Origin: Oopsacas minuta
Taxonomy: Eukaryota > Animalia > Porifera
Direction: 5' to 3'
Length of the DNA: 64,000 nucleotides
Assembly: GCA_024704765.1 (NCBI GenBank)
Contig: JAKMXF010000055.1
Span: 885,264 to 949,263, forward strand
Shown: piece after piece, positions 12,434 through 27,314 of the stretch
How the letters are laid out: each line of letters opens with the position of its first letter
Position numbering within the stretch: position 1 is the first letter of the stretch
The notes under the pieces: model-generated
What the model saw: only the letters and a program-made list of their open reading frames with translations
What the model was told of the DNA's origin: nothing
Database searches by the model: none
Made by a program: the position numbers and the translations under genes

Positions 12434-13819
12434 TTTTAACTAGTTTTACTCGACAAATATACGTAAGTAATTGGTCCTATATAATAAGTAGTCAATATTA
12501 TAAAATAAATCCTTCATCAAATCTAACAAATTACGAGTTGATGCTATGATGGCTCTTTCTATAAGTCCCGCATTAGATAAAGAACACATCCTGCCCTCAA
12601 CTTGTATCGCGGCATCAGAGAACAATCTTAACTTGTAAAGTAAAAATTTGAATAGACATAGAAGTGTAGGTCAATGATAGTTGGATTCATTTATGGCCAA
12701 ATGATACTTGATTATGTGAGGAATTTCAGGGAAGAAGCACCTGCGGATATACTGGTATGAAATGAAATGAAATGCAGTATTTTTGTCAACTGAAAGTGAA
12801 ATTTATTGATTGTATTCCAGTTAGCAGCAGTACATATGACCCACCTGTTGGCTACTGGGATATAAAGATATGGGCCACAAGGGAGCACTAGGTAGGCTAT
12901 AGCAAAGAGTCGAACTGTTTCAGAGTCAGATCAATTGGTGGAAGATTATTAATATGCAAACAGTTCATTATTCGGATTAGTGAATGTAAAATATTTTTCT
13001 ATTAGACAATCAAATATTAGTTACCTGAATAAGAAAATTCTACTAAGAAATAATATATCTGTTTAGGACTAACTAAAGATGTAGTATTCTCAATAACGAA
13101 AAGCTGAAAGTACATTTGGGTTAGTCTGTAGTCTCCCATCAAATGTATGTATTTTAGTACTGAATTAGATTTGAGAAATTGGATGAACAGTTGTATACGA
13201 AAATTTTAGTTAGGAATAAACATTTCCTGGAATCAAAGATACAATATCTACCGCTCTAGAAGTCATCAAAGAATGCCACGGATTACAAAAGATAAAAATC
13301 TCGCTGGACAATTTTTTCCGAAACACTAGTGAAATTTAGAAATATAATGGTTGATAATTAGCTCTACAATGATGCAATTCCGCTATACAGGCCTGTTCGT
13401 TATGTTGAACCATGGATTGTTTGAAGTCTGAACATATAAATGAAATTTTAAAATCGAAACTGTTATTCCTAATAATGCCTGATTTACTCTATAGTCACTT
13501 CCATAACATGTGTAAATTCTGAATTCGATTTGTATTAAAGAAATTTTGATAATTTCATTGTAAATTCCAGAAGTTAAGTATTAAGTGATAACAAATAATT
13601 TGGATAAAATACAAATATCGTTTCTAGAGATGTGAATTAAATAAATTTAAACTTCTTGGGCTTCCATGACTCAGCTTTTTCCCTTTGAGACAAATTCATA
13701 TTCTTAACAGTAGGAAAGTATACAGTTACACGTAATGAATATGAGCTTCTTGTAGATGTACCATCAGAAAATTTACAGGTTCGACACTGCTGCACGAAAT
13801 TTCATTATGTCCCCTTCTA

Positions 13820-16170
13820 ATTAAAACATATTCTGGTTCACTAGTATACTGAGTGAAGCACCTCCAAATAATTTATCGAATACCTGTGGTTTCAATTCAA
13901 TGAGAATGTATTTCTTCCATAACTTGAGCATTATAGTAAGGACTGAAGTGGAAGGCCAATTCAGTGATCCACGATCAATAAATTGTATAAGCGTTTTTAC
14001 AGCTTGAGAATGAACGAAGTCCATAACTTTGTCCTCTGTTAGAAACAAAATGTAATCTGAGCATATATTTTTTAGATCTTTGAAATAAAGAATTAACATA
14101 TATCCTCCAATAAATGCTGAAGACTGTATGATTGAGAGAGGTGTTTCTGATGTCCTCTCATCAATGATAGGAATGAACAACTCTAGATCAACATTACATG
14201 CATCTTTTTGAACTTGGAAGAGAATGTAAGTATAAACATTTTTTACGAGATGTTATTAGTAGAAGATTGTTTTGAAAATAGTTTGAGGATATTATATATT
14301 TTCAGTCGTCTTACACTAACATAAACTTGGCAAGCAGTATGCTCTTACTAACATCCTAGAAACCCGAAATGATGCCCATATAAATCATTTTGCAAGACGA
14401 ACTAAGAACGTAATCAAAGCCACAACTATTAGTCAGATAATAAACAATTTTAGGTAGACAGTAAATATGTAACTATGGTGGAACGATCTGAATGTTTGTC
14501 GAGTTAATTTCCACATTGTCATGAATGCTTTTTCAAATGTCCAAGCCATTCCGAAACCTGCGAAAGGAATAAAATGATTGAGTCATGGTAGGTTAGAGGA
14601 AGTAATAGACTATCTCTGAGGCGAAGACCCTTTGTAGGTGTATTGATGTTGAATATATCTATACACTACAACTTTTTCTCGTAAAATCTTCTGTTTCAGG
14701 GAAATAAAAACATTTCTAGTGGAGTTCTGAGTTGTATAGGGGCTGCAGTTCGCTCTTTTAAAATTCTCAAAGCCAGATGAACATTCTGACGTTCAAGCTT
14801 TGTTTGCTAGCAAGATTTACCAATTAACAATTGTGCTTACTTCACAGATGCAAATTGTTCCAATTTGGATAGTAATCTAACATCTTCCACTGTAGTTGTG
14901 TTTGTAATGGGCAAGTTTACGAATGATGGAAAAGTGAAGGTCCCTTTGTAGTCTGTATGATTAAGCAAATTGTTTCTTATTTTTCAATAATGAATAAAAT
15001 CAACAAGAAAATAAGGAACGACTAGAATCGACGGAGTGAGGAACATAATGTTTTAGCTGCGATGTATTAGAAAATAACTCAAAGAGATAAAATTTAACGT
15101 ATAATTGTCGGTTATAAGAGTAACAACAAAAAGAACACAAGATTCAGTATCAGATGTTCCTACAAGTTTTAGAGAAAAGGACATTTTCAGGCTGGCAATG
15201 AATGAATGAACTGCAACCGAGATGGTAACTCAGATTGTGCCTTTGTTAAGATTCTTCGGTGTTATTTTCAAGCTTAGCTAAGGATTAAGATACACAAGTT
15301 GAAGCACTACAAACAGCTAGTTCAATAGAATCGGAAGAGTATTTAGAAATGTCTTCAATTAGGTCGAGTGATTTGATGGACAGCTACTGTTTTACTACAA
15401 GAGAGGGGAATCTTTTGGTGAAGAGATGCTCTCGTATTACAATGGGCGTCGATGGTCAAGTAAGATTCAAATTCCAAATATTCTTGAGAAAGAGAAGGAT
15501 ATAGTATATATAAAGAAGTATTTGATGCACTGCAGACGAGCCAATTGTTAGATATATCAATATTCTTCAGTTTTCTTACAAGATCAGAAAACGTGTCCAC
15601 ACACACAATTCATGTGTTACTAATTCTTGTTGAAGAACACTTTCCTATGTAACTTTCATTAATTAGGTTCTCAATTTCTTATCAAAGTCTAGTGGATCAA
15701 GTTTGACAATAGTCTTCTGGAGATAGGAAGGATAATTTGGTACAATAGAAGGAACTACACCTTCACTAATCCAGGTATACGATGTGACTACAAATGGTAT
15801 GTTATAGTATTAAAGGTGGTACAATTATGAGAACATATTAAGATAGATACAAACCAAAAACATTACGAGCATTAATTGAACAGCCTGAGTTATGTAATAA
15901 TATAAAACTAGGTGTTTGGTTACTGTAAATATAATCCGATCCTTGTACAATTAAAACAATTCAAAACTTGTCCAGTAGTTAGGTAGTAGAGCATCAGAGG
16001 TGAATAAAACTTCTCATGGTTGGAAATGTTTGCACAGAAGTATATAAATTGATTATCAGATCTGTGAAAAATCGTTTTCACTAATACTTTTCTTTATCAG
16101 AAAATGGAATAGGATTTCCGCCATCATAACCATTACGGCAGTTAGGTACAACATCTAGCGGGCTAATCAG
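13820..16170 (-). pseudogene. Degraded THAP-domain P-element-like transposase; boundaries approximate
   Basis: THAP remnants VVPNCRNGY (about 16150), LLCKHFQP (about 16030) and EGVVPSIVPNYPSYL (about 15750; AVPTIF motif). C-terminal IDRGSLNWPS lies in ORF 13821-14180. Termini not found. Confidence 0.65.
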
Positions 16171-18308
16171 CTGTAATGAAAAGAAAATTAATTAAAACAT
16201 GTGATGGACAGAATATGGACAAAGTAAGACGCGATGCGGCGTCATACTGTTAGTTTTGACAATAAAATATGAGTGACTATATTCTGAGTAAGAATATAGT
16301 CGAGATAGGATGCTATAAAGTACTAGACGTCAAGTAGATTACTAAACAAATTCTCTTTTCGAGGATATCAGCATAGCCATAATGTCTGGTGCCTGAATTC
16401 GACCAATTAAATTCCAGCATTTTTAGAATTCTTGAATCGTTGAAATCCTTGGTTTGACAATATATAGTCTGGTGAACAGTCGTGGATAGCGTAGCTCACG
16501 GTTTAGATTTACAATACTTCAAAAATTCCCAAAATTTGGCTTTCAGGAAATTCCAATATTAATATTTCAGGCATGTTAAGTAAGAAAGTAGATTGTCAAG
16601 GGCCTTAGCTTGTAAATATATGGAAGAAGCCCATCGGTGAGTTTTCCTTGCAAATATTTTTTATATCTGCTTTTATACATATAAGCAATAACACATAAGC
16701 CGACATGGCTTTAAAGTTAACCTCTTCTTATATGCTACTGTGTTAATGAGAATTAGAATTGGACTCAAACTTGTTCTTAAAGTTGTTGGTGAGTTAGGAA
16801 AGAGTTCATCTTAGTTTTAATGATAGATCGGATAGAATAATAGTTTTACACTCAGATAGGCCTCCTTTGGAGGATTTATACGTGAGAAGGAATAATATAG
16901 GATATTTTCCCATACATGCGGATGTGACTTCTTTTTTGTGTACTCACTAGTAGTTTTGAGGTTAAAAACTTATATTGTAAACAGATAATTTCGTCCTCAT
17001 CTAATCTAAATCCCGAAAAATGACTGAGCAGCACCTCGTTCAGATGCATTAGGTTTCAGAAAGGAATCCCAAGCTTCTTTATTGTTCAATATCAGGAATA
17101 AATTTGCCAGACTTTAAAATTCAGAATATAAATATAAATTTGCTAGAATAGAGGTCTAATCATTTAATTTCACTAACTACTAACTGTGTGAGATAGTACA
17201 GGTCAGAAGCAGTTGAATTAGAATATTTAGGTATATTAGGGAAGAAATATTGTTGTAAACATTAAAAGAGACTGTACTTTACGCTTGTGCACAAAAATGT
17301 AAGGGTCAAAAGGTCTGAAAGTATATAATTGAATAAAGGTTATGTCGAGAACTAATGTTTTCATACAAAAGTTTAGTGCAGAAATGAGACAAATAGAAAT
17401 GAAGTCACCAAAATTGTAGTCATCTGCTCAAAAATAAAATAACCTCTATAGGAGATCCATTTGGTATGTAATAGACAATACATTAAAATGCTTTATTTAA
17501 ATGTCCGGGATTAGAGGGGAACCCGGATCTTGGATGGTTCGACAGTATTATATGTGGGTGTTCACACTCCTGACCATATTCGTTAGTGTACTACCCGATC
17601 ATGATGTCCTTCATTGCAAAGTACTGGAGGGAAGTGACCGAAGATTTCAAATACATCAATTACTCGGACTTCTGAATTCAGATTAATTGATTACTAAAGT
17701 GATCTGACACCCATGAGCGACGCTGCCAAATGTGGCGGGGGGTCCGCTCCTCTAAGCCAGTTGAGATATTTTTTGCTAAGATAATACATCTAATATGAAT
17801 AAGCAACGCAGCCCTAGGCGCGAGATCTGCTTAAAGTACATTTACGATAATCCAAATACTTTATACTATTCTTAGCTATTCGACAACGCTTAATAATGTA
17901 AAAATTACAGTGCAAACAATCTATTTAAACCAAAAAGTAAGGTAAACAATATTTTGTAAAACAGTTGCATGATATAACAATATTAGGAATACATTCACTC
18001 TTCTACTGATCATTCATAATTAACAACTATACCTCTCTACCATTTTTTGAATTTCCAGAATACTATAACTCAGATCTCAATTGTTACGATACTTAGTCTA
18101 CTATTCTGTCAATTCTTTAATTTGGAATCTATGCACTTTTCACTATTATTGGTTACACTATATTCGTGGAAATTCTTTAATCCGGGTTCTTACATTATAT
18201 AATGCGGGAAATCACGTAGGAATTTTCCACAGGGTTATCCAAATACACTCTACTGTCGAATTCATATAAATACATTCAATTTTTGTGAATGATTTCAAGC
18301 ATTTCACT

Positions 18309-18400
18309 TCACAACAACAACCACGTCATATAGATAATGGATTCCAACACCAAAAACAGCCCCAACAGCAGCAACAATAACAACAACAACAATAACAAAC
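18309..18400 (+). repeat. CAA/CAG-rich low-complexity tract
   Basis: caacaacaacca...cagccccaacagcagcaacaataacaacaacaacaataacaa; reads QQQP...QKQPQQQQQ*QQQQ*Q on the plus strand. Confidence 0.8.
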
Positions 18401-18494
18401 AAGTGTGGCAGGAGAGGGAAGAGAAGCGTTGTAAACAGCATTCAACAATTGTAAGACGATTAGTCAAATTTTGCAAGTAATTTCAGTTGTATTA

Positions 18495-19797
18495 CAGGGT
18501 TAGGGATAAGTTCTGCAATAAAATTGAAATTAAACAAGAGGTTCTGCGAATGGTTTTAGGTGAATATTTATTTATCATATAATATCTTCAATATGTTTTA
18601 AACAGTATTTAGAGTATTGAGTCCTACTAGAAAAATTTTTTTGGTTTATGGACAAAGAAGCAAAACGGTCATTGATAACCTTGTCTCATAATGAAGGCAA
18701 GTTAGCTTCAGTAATGTCAAAAATACTGTCCATAAACAGATGGATAGTCTACCACACAATCAAACGTTACAAGGAGACTGGCAGTACCCAGGACAGGTTC
18801 AGAAAAGGTAGACCTCGTTCTGTTCGTACTCCTGCTATTAGGAAGCTCGTCCGGGAGAGGGTCAGGAAGAATCCTGTCAGAAGTATCCAAGTCATGGCAA
18901 AAGACTTCAATATTTCAACCAGAAGTATAGGGAGGATAGTAAAAGAGGATTAAGCCTTGAAATGCTACAAATTTCGAGAGGTATAGTTACTTTATGGGGT
19001 GAATAAGAGGCGTAGGTGTGAAAAATGTCTGATTCTGACAAAAAGGTTCACGGGGGGCACGCACCAGAGTATTGTCTTCTCCGATGAGAAGATTTTTATC
19101 GTAGAAATGGCATATAATTGCCAAAACAGTCGAATTCTTGCTCCAGATCAAAAGTTTATATCGTCATCAATACGCACAATCAAACTAACTCAGAAACCTA
19201 CATCGGTCATGGTTTGGGGAGCTATTACCTCTGATGGTCGGACACCTGTGGTGTTCATTGACAAAGGGGTGATAATTAACAAAGAGGTGTATGTAGAGAG
19301 CACTTTAGAGAACGCATTGAAGCCTTGGGCTGGTAAGCGCTTCAATGGCGCGCATTGGGTGTCCCAGCAAGATTCCGCTCTCTCCCACAAAGCCAAAATG
19401 ACATCTGAGTGGTTGAAACTCAATGTACCCGAATTTATATCAACTGAAGAATGGCCGACCTCTTCTCCAGATCTAAACCCTATGGATTTCTGCATATATG
19501 GTCCATCTTAGAGTCCAGGGTATGTGCCAAGCCTCACAAGAATGTCGAAAGTCTGAAGTCTTCCTTGAAAAGGGAGTGGGATTTAATCAGTGAAGACTTG
19601 TTGCGTGCTGCTGTCGAAAATTTCTATAAGCGATTGAGCCTATGTATCGCAGCAAAGGGGAATACATTCGAAGAGCTGGATTAATTTCGTATCCTTAGTA
19701 TGTATATTCACTAATTCATTACGAATTTCAACTACTATTATAGTAAAATAAGAAATATACTAGTTTATACTTGTTGCAGAACTTATGCCTAACCCTG
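18495..19797 (+). mobile_element. Tc1/mariner DD37D (maT-type) element, 1,303 bp; transposase broken by a stop (18951) and a frameshift (about 19497)
   Basis: 24-bp TIR cagggttagg(g/c)ataagttctgcaa flanked by TA. Motifs RKGRPRSVRT, FSDEK, VMVWGAI, QQDSALSH and SPDLNPMDF, with 37 residues between D2 and D3. Confidence 0.95.
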
Positions 19798-20009
19798 TAT
19801 TTCTAAAAGCAATCAGTCAATATTTGTATATAATAATAATGTAAACAATAAATCAATACGTTAACACAAGGTATAGAATAAAAATCAAAATATGATATGT
19901 TAAGCTGTTCGTGTCCATCCAACAATTGTCACAAAAATATATCTTAAAGGCACTCTCCAACTTGAAATACTATTATTCAAATACATATACGAGAATAATA
20001 TACACTCAC

Positions 20010-20069
20010 TCGTTGTAATTCCAATTGAAGTTGCAGAATGATCCGAGGTACATCAGTATTTTGCAAATT
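20010..20069 (-). CDS. HTT: Huntingtin exon (equivalent of human exon 4), 60 bp: NLQNTDVPRIILQLQLELQR
   Basis: Acceptor ttttctAG and donor GTgagt; phase 0/0, 20 codons. Ungapped match to recalled human [20 protein letters not shown]. Confidence 0.85.
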
Positions 20070-20349
20070 CTAGAAAAAGGATGCAAAAATAACATGATTT
20101 CTGAGAAGAAAAGGTACAATGGGCAATAGAAATAAGTTGATTTAACTTTCTTATTTAGTAATCAACTCGAAATAAGTAGTGTTGAAACACAATGCGACGT
20201 AGGGTATTATTCGAGGGCTGTAACGGGTGCTGAGCACAACCATTGAAAAACTATAGATATAATCCTTCAATAATTCTAGAAATACAAACATATATATATA
20301 TAATGGCCTATTATAAATGTACACATATAAGAATAGATTCATTGCGTTT

Positions 20350-20973
20350 AATAGTATAGATATATTAATGTTTGTGTATATATGTTTGTATGTCCAGAAA
20401 TGATTGAAGAAGCTGGAAAACCCAGAGGATGTGTTTTGGCATTCAGGAGTATTTCTGCCCTGTCTCGGACAAAATTATGACGTCAGTGTCACCGTTTAAG
20501 ACTAAAAAATTAACATTATTAACCATTGCTCACCTAATATACATGATAGAAGTTTGAAATTTGTATCCCAGGGACCCCTCAATGTGACAAATGCTCTGAT
20601 CTTATGATTCTGACCAAATTCAAACTCATCATGGAGTTATTACGTCATCAAGACTACACAAAAAGGTAAAATTCACCAAATTTAGGTATTTTTGAGAATT
20701 TCCTATTATTCGAGAGATGAAATGGCGAGATTACTAACCTAAAGCTAAGTAAGAGTTCCTGTAATACACAAAAGGCCATTGAATGGAATTTGAATGGACT
20801 ATGGTTAATAAAAAATTATAATCTCCAACAAAGATTATCGCCGAGGCACGTTGTACATAGTATATCCCATCGCGTAGCGACAAACAGCATCAAGAAATAT
20901 AGCTGTTTAATGCTTAAGTTAACTTGAGGCCTAAGCTGTCGCTCACAGCGAAACAGCAGGCGAAGCGCCCTAG
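20350..20973 (+). repeat. Dispersed repeat family copy B, ending in a hairpin plus GAAGCGCCCTAG (Helitron-like 3' end)
   Basis: Homology to copies A and C. Hairpin gctgtcgct-cac-agcg-aa-acagc lies just upstream of CTAG at 20970-20973. Confidence 0.6.
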
Positions 20974-22027
20974 TAAACATACATACATTCACATGGACTA
21001 ACTACGTTTAATAATATAGAAGTATATCAATTCATTAGAAATTATCTTACTTGTGGAATACCGACATTTTAGTGTAAGACGTTTGGCATTTTCAAATATG
21101 GAAATCAGACAAATCGATAATTGGGAAAAATCAACATCGATTCATACATCAATTTTGAAAAACGACACGAATATAAAATTGTATAGTATCGAAATTCCAT
21201 TTCTGTTTAAGAATGGATTAGCATTTGGGGTTAACATGGTTCACAGAACCAGAGCCTCAAACGATTCCAAGTAGATAGATTAAAAAATCACAAATTGGTG
21301 AAATTCTTTTCTGTACACTGGGGTAGTTATCGAAACAATATATGCAGTCTCAAATGATAGAATGAAAAACCCTTAAAAAAGACAGGTGTAGAAAACTAGT
21401 ATTCGAATGCTATAAATATTCTTTAGTGAATTTTGTGTTCAATTGAATGTCCACATTTCATTGATAAAATGACAATTCCTGAATATTTCTTATACCAGCC
21501 TGAAATAAGAAACAAGCATACTGTATTGCCAAATTTGGATGGAAGATAGATATATTTAGAGAAAGAAATCTAGCAAAATTAGTGATTACGAAGAAAATAA
21601 ATGCAACAATTCGGAAAAATTTGCTCTGGCTAAATTCAAAACATGTATTTCCACAACGATTATAAATATTCATTGGGCCAAAAATGAAATGTATTTCATT
21701 ATCTAAGGTTTAGTGATGTCGAAATATTTAAATTACAGCAGACTCCGCTTAATTGACCATCGGTGAATCGTGTCCAGAATTCAAAACAAAATTAAACAAA
21801 ATAACGGTAGAACCGTAAATAATTCTTTCCGTACCACAATGGTACGATTTAGATATAATAGCGGCGTCGGAACAAAGAACTTGATGTGTCGTTAAAATTC
21901 ATATGGTATTTATATAAACATTGGTACTTAGTCTACGGGAACATTTCTAAATATTTGGAAATGTAAAAGGAACAAATTAGTGACTCATACGTATATATTT
22001 GAAACTCAAATATAAAAGTGAATAGTA

Positions 22028-23365
22028 CAGGGTGTAACAAATGTATTGTCGTTTTCTAAACTGAATATAACTAATCTCAAAATAGCACAAATATTACCGT
22101 TTTATTTCTCTATATAGTCTCCTTACCTTTCTAAAACTTGTGTAACTCGCCTAGGTATACTAGATACAATGTTTTGCAAAACATCACCCGATATATTACT
22201 CCATGCCTTTTACAAATTTTGTATTAGTCCGTTAACGGTAGTTGCTTGCTCCAGCTCATCTACCTTATCTTTCATGATAGCCCACAAATTCTCGATTGGA
22301 TTGAGGTCGGGCGTTGACATCAATAAAAGACCATGTCAAAACGCAGGAAGATTATGTTCACACCATTCCTGTGTCAGTTTAGCCGTGTGAGCAGGTGCCC
22401 CGTCTTGCATGAAAATAATCCCAGACATCTCTGAGGTCATAGACCGCTCTAAAACTGACCCATTTTTGGCTCTTTGTGAATGGCACCTTTGCATGTTCCA
22501 GCTAAAATCTTTGTACGGTAATAATCTCCATTTACAGTTTCTCCTTGAGGTATAATATGCAGCTCAGATAGGGCTTGGTGGGACATCATGCCCCACACCT
22601 GGATTTGGCTGGAAATTTTACCTCCATACAAGGTTGGATTGAAGCCGCATCCTTGCTCCAAACACGGTCATTCTGTTTGTTTGGTATTTGAAATAATTGA
22701 AAGGGAGATTAATCAGACAATAAAACTCTATTCCAATCACCAACTGTCCAATCCTTATGAGTTACCGCAAATTTCATCCGATTTTCCTTCATTTTTATGG
22801 TCAAACGAGGCTTCTCGGTCTTTTATAAGGTTTCACTCCCAAAGACTTACGTAAATACCGATGGACAGACATGTGGGAAACATTACAACCACCCCTCGTT
22901 AACCTCAAAGCGAGCTTATGCGTTGATTGCCTTCTCTTTCCTAAAGATTTCTTTAACACAATTTTGGCAACTCGGTTAATTTTCGGTGGACATCCAAACT
23001 TAGGCTTGATTCCATCGAAAATCCAAGATTATCGCTGCGTCCCCACCTTTGAACAGATCGAATATGACGTTGAGTCTCTGAGCAACCGTTTTAGTTCTTT
23101 CTCCAGCTTTTAGCATCCCTATTGCCTGAGATCTTAAGGAGGATCCATAATCTTGGACATTCATCTCTTATAGAATTTAGAATTATTTGAAAATACCAAG
23201 AAAAAATCGAAAAGTTGAATACAATAAAAATTGACTGCTATATACTTTGACAATAACATGTATCAAAACTCTTGAGTAAAGGAATCAATGATTAAGGTTG
23301 TATAATACTATGTAATGTCAAGCAACATTATCAGTAAATAACGACAATACATTTGTTACACCCTG
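22028..23365 (-). mobile_element. Tc1-type element (probably DD37E/TRT-like), 1,338 bp; defective
   Basis: Perfect 26-bp TIR cagggtgtaacaaatgtattgtcgtt with TA flanks. Minus-strand motifs DWNRVLLSD, QNDRVW, QVWGMMS, FMQDGAPAHTA, PDLNPIENLW. Confidence 0.92.
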
Positions 23366-26300
23366 TATATACAAATTTGTGGTGAATAAAATAAGGTAAA
23401 ATTTGATGATGATTTTGATACCTCAAAAATTGGTGAATTGCCAACCGTCATTATTAATATATATGGCTAAGGATTCAGAATATGTGGATGGAATTCATCA
23501 TTTGATGGGAAACAAAAGATCAACGTAGTATACTGTAATAGAGATTACGATATGTAGGTCGAGGTTTAACAGACTCAACTACACCAAAACTAGAGTAAGG
23601 ATAAATAGCAGATTATATGGCCGTATTGACAAATTTATGCTTTGTAACATTTGGAATATAGAGGTCTGTAAACAAACCAAAATAAGGAATTGAGGAAGAA
23701 ATGAAATTGACCCTTTTCATCGTTTGTACAGCCCTCGAAAAATATCCGCTAGATCCAAAATCTATCAGTCTTGTTCTAGGAGTTTCAAAAATCTGAATGA
23801 AACGTATTGCAATTGGAACAGTGTTGCTTGCATTAGCAGATCCAGTTTTTATTGGAAAAAGCTAGTTTTAAAATAGAAAATAGAAATATTAAACAAATTT
23901 GTTGAATTCATGACTCTAAATTTCCAGTCTTTCGAGTGGAAACTTGGAAACAATTGTGAATATATTTCCCTGCCATCGTAGGAATGTGTCAAAGTGACAA
24001 CAACCGACTCAATTTTAACCCCATTGAATGGCCACTCATTCGACTCATCTACGCTACCTATAGGTAGTTTTACATATATCTACCTTCTAAAAATATTTAA
24101 TAACGATTTGCGAAACAGCCCCCAGAAATATGTGAAAAGATATTTTCTTGTAAGCTTTCACGTATTTCTTGCGGCTACAAATGACATCGTCTGTTTTGCA
24201 AGAAACTTTACTCATAATACAAAATTAACAGTCAAGTTTTAGGCGATTTCTAACCAGCAATCTAGGTATCTGGAAGTTCAGTATAGAGCAACCTATGACT
24301 TAAAGCTTTGGCATTATGTGTATATACAGTATAATTAGAGATTCATTTGATTTTAGGCTATAACTCTTATGATTCACAAGTTTAATGTATCGGAATAATT
24401 CGTTTACAAATACCGTCAGCTGACTCTAATTTAGCCGAGCCTACTTATATATCTTTCAAATTAACTAGAATGGGTGGTCTTCATCGTTTATGGCTGGTTA
24501 TTAAGAAGGGAGTTATCCTGAACTTAAACCTTGATTCAAAAATATTATTGGTAGGTATTTATAGCTATTTACGGCCTTAGTAAGGAAATTAAATATTAGA
24601 TAATTGGTTTCACTCTAACATAGAATAGTAGCCCTGTGAAAGTCGATCTGATTTCAAGGGCTATTCAACTGAAATCCCTTGATTTGCTCGGATTGCTGAT
24701 AGTTAATATTTAATTAGTATAATATTCTTTTGTTAATACACAGTCTAGTGTTTCATAAGTTCATAGATATAATATATATTACAAATTATTGACTGATGTA
24801 CGATCCCCTCCCCTTCAACAATGCAGGATCCCCCCAACAAAAACAAATTTTATTAATGTACAGAGCTCACATGAATTTGTGAGCCGAAGTGGGTATGGTT
24901 GGCATCAAATAGGCCAAGGTATTTAGTTATAAAGTTGACGATTTGAAAACATTATTAAGAACTTACTCGTATTTATCAATACCTTATGTAGCTATGTGGT
25001 TGACCTACATGATTTCACTTTAGTCAGGTCTCTTTATAGTCACGATGTCGTCGTGAGGCTCATGGATTGAGTAAAATCTCACGGTCACAAAAAAGCCATT
25101 TTACAGTGTCACGATTTGGGAACCTCAAGGGTTGAGAGACCTGCACCTCTTAAAGTTTCCTATAATTCGAAATGTTTCAATTGGTGTTATTCCAAATCTA
25201 AATTGGCTGGGGCCTCAACCTCAAACAGTAGTTATTCATAGCAAAGGAACGAGGCATTGTTAACTTTATACACGTATATGGGATATCAATAAACAACTAA
25301 AACCAGGGCCACACTGCAGGATTCCTACATTACATACAAATATGACCAGAGGTGTCAGTTTCGGATAGGCGGGATTCGCCCTAAAAATTTTGAGGATCAG
25401 AAATTCGTGGCCAACTACCAGTTATAGAATAGAAGCCCTTTTGAAATATATTTGTTCTTAGTTTACACATATATATCAGATAAATATTAATATATAGTGA
25501 ATGGTTGTGATACTATATACAACTAATATATAAGTAGGATATTGTAATTACTTTGTTAAGTATAGGTCACAGTGGTGTGTTAACGTCTTCCTCGTTTAAT
25601 TTCATTGACTATCAGCAAAAAAATCCATAGCATAAATGTATGATGTAAATCATCTTAAAAATACTTGAAAAACTCTATTTTCTTTCAGTAAAATAATCAT
25701 CCAATAATATGATAAGTCCGAAGGGTCTGAAGAGTTAATTTCCTCGTATTGGTAGTACGTGATTTAGGCAGTTGTCTAGTTTAGAGCAAGAAAGAATATT
25801 CAACATCGTAAAGAAATTTTCTAAACAAGTGAATATGTGAAGAATTTGATTCCTTGATATATTACAAATTTAGCGATAAGTGATGAAAGTTTCGTAAATT
25901 GGTGGGATTGAATGAAAATATTTTCAATTATAATGATCCAATAAGACAGTGAAATTTAGTAAAATAATGGTGACATTCTTGTGAGATAAATTTTACTAAA
26001 CAACCATTCAATAAATAGTACACCTTCGCTAATCTTAATCTTTCAAATTAGCGAAATGAATTGAAACGATACTATAATATTTGGGAAGCCCATTTTTGCG
26101 AAAATTGCACAACCGATGAATTGGCGTTCAACATGTGAAATATAGAATCAATATCGATCTGTAATGTATTTGGATAGAAATCAGCAATTTCCTTTCATTT
26201 TTTTAGACAACTTTTAAAATATTGTACAAGATTGTGCCCCGTACAGATAAGCGAGGGTGAGGGTTAACGACGGTTTGGATTAGTGAGGGTCTAAAATAAT

Positions 26301-26416
26301 TATTTGTAAAGTCATTTAGAGATAGAATGATTTAAGTTGTAAATGTTGATTATTATGATACATAAGTTTAGCGTTCAGAATTATTAGATCAAACCATAGC
26401 ATTCTATACATTAAGG

Positions 26417-26834
26417 AAACGGTTCTCAAAGTGTGGGTCGCGACCCAAAGTGGGATGCCATGTAATTCTTATGGGGTCGCATAAAGAAATATTATTGAGC
26501 CATAATTAATGGGGTAGAAAATACGTAAGTGTAATTATAACCTAAAACACGCATATGTATTTGGAATAATGCACACTCATGATTTTATATTGTAGGGGTG
26601 TTTTACTTATTTGGCCTTTGTAAAACTTAAGAGGGGGGAGAAACCGCCTCTGACCAAACACGTCATTCATTCATTTCCATTGTTTTGTCAACATAGTATT
26701 CAACATTGTGTGAATTGTGTTATCTAGTTTTCGAAATTCATAAATTCTATTCTCATGAATACAAACCATTTTTAGCTTATAGAGTCGCAATATACCTCAG
26801 TACCAAAAAAGTTAAAAAAGTTTGAGAACCCCTG
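26417..26834. mobile_element. hAT (Buster/Charlie-like) MITE, 418 bp, 8-bp TSD CATTAAGG
   Basis: CATTAAGG at 26409-26416 and 26835-26842. Ends are aaacggttctcaaa and tttgagaacccctg, with ggggtcgc subterminal repeats. The target has a central TA. Confidence 0.85.
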
Positions 26835-27314
26835 CATTAAGGCAATGTTGGTCACTGAAAATTTTGGAACATGGATAGAATGAATACCTCAATTATCGCA
26901 TAGAAAATTCTGTTTGTTGTGATCGAAATATATTGGTACATTTTGACCTGAATAAATGTATCATTGATATTTGAAAATACACAAATTCTATATCTACAAA
27001 GTATTTCCGGGCCAAAATGAAGTGATCTGCATGCTTAGTTAGCAATTATGCCAAAGTAATGCTCCAATGATAAATTCTTCGAATTATTGAAATATTTAAA
27101 GTTATCGTTTCAATATTTATACCAAGGATCTAACGATGTTGAAGCACAAAATAACAGAAAGTTGTTGGCGAGTTTCAGAGTTATAGTAGCAACCATTGGT
27201 GACATAATAGGGCAAACATTCATCCATAACTTGGCTCCCTTCAATGTTACGCCAAACCAACTTAAACACATATAGTGTATACTCGACTTCTCTTACCCAA
27301 ATTATACACAATTG

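Noticed and set aside
18309-18400. PolyQ-like CAA/CAG tract as the huntingtin polyQ
   Set aside because: It is on the plus strand (antisense to HTT), lies in an intron downstream of the exon-4 equivalent, and is interrupted by TAA stops.
27117-27311. Mutator-like transposase fragment
   Set aside because: Resemblance to the PRTNN region is too weak to support by eye.
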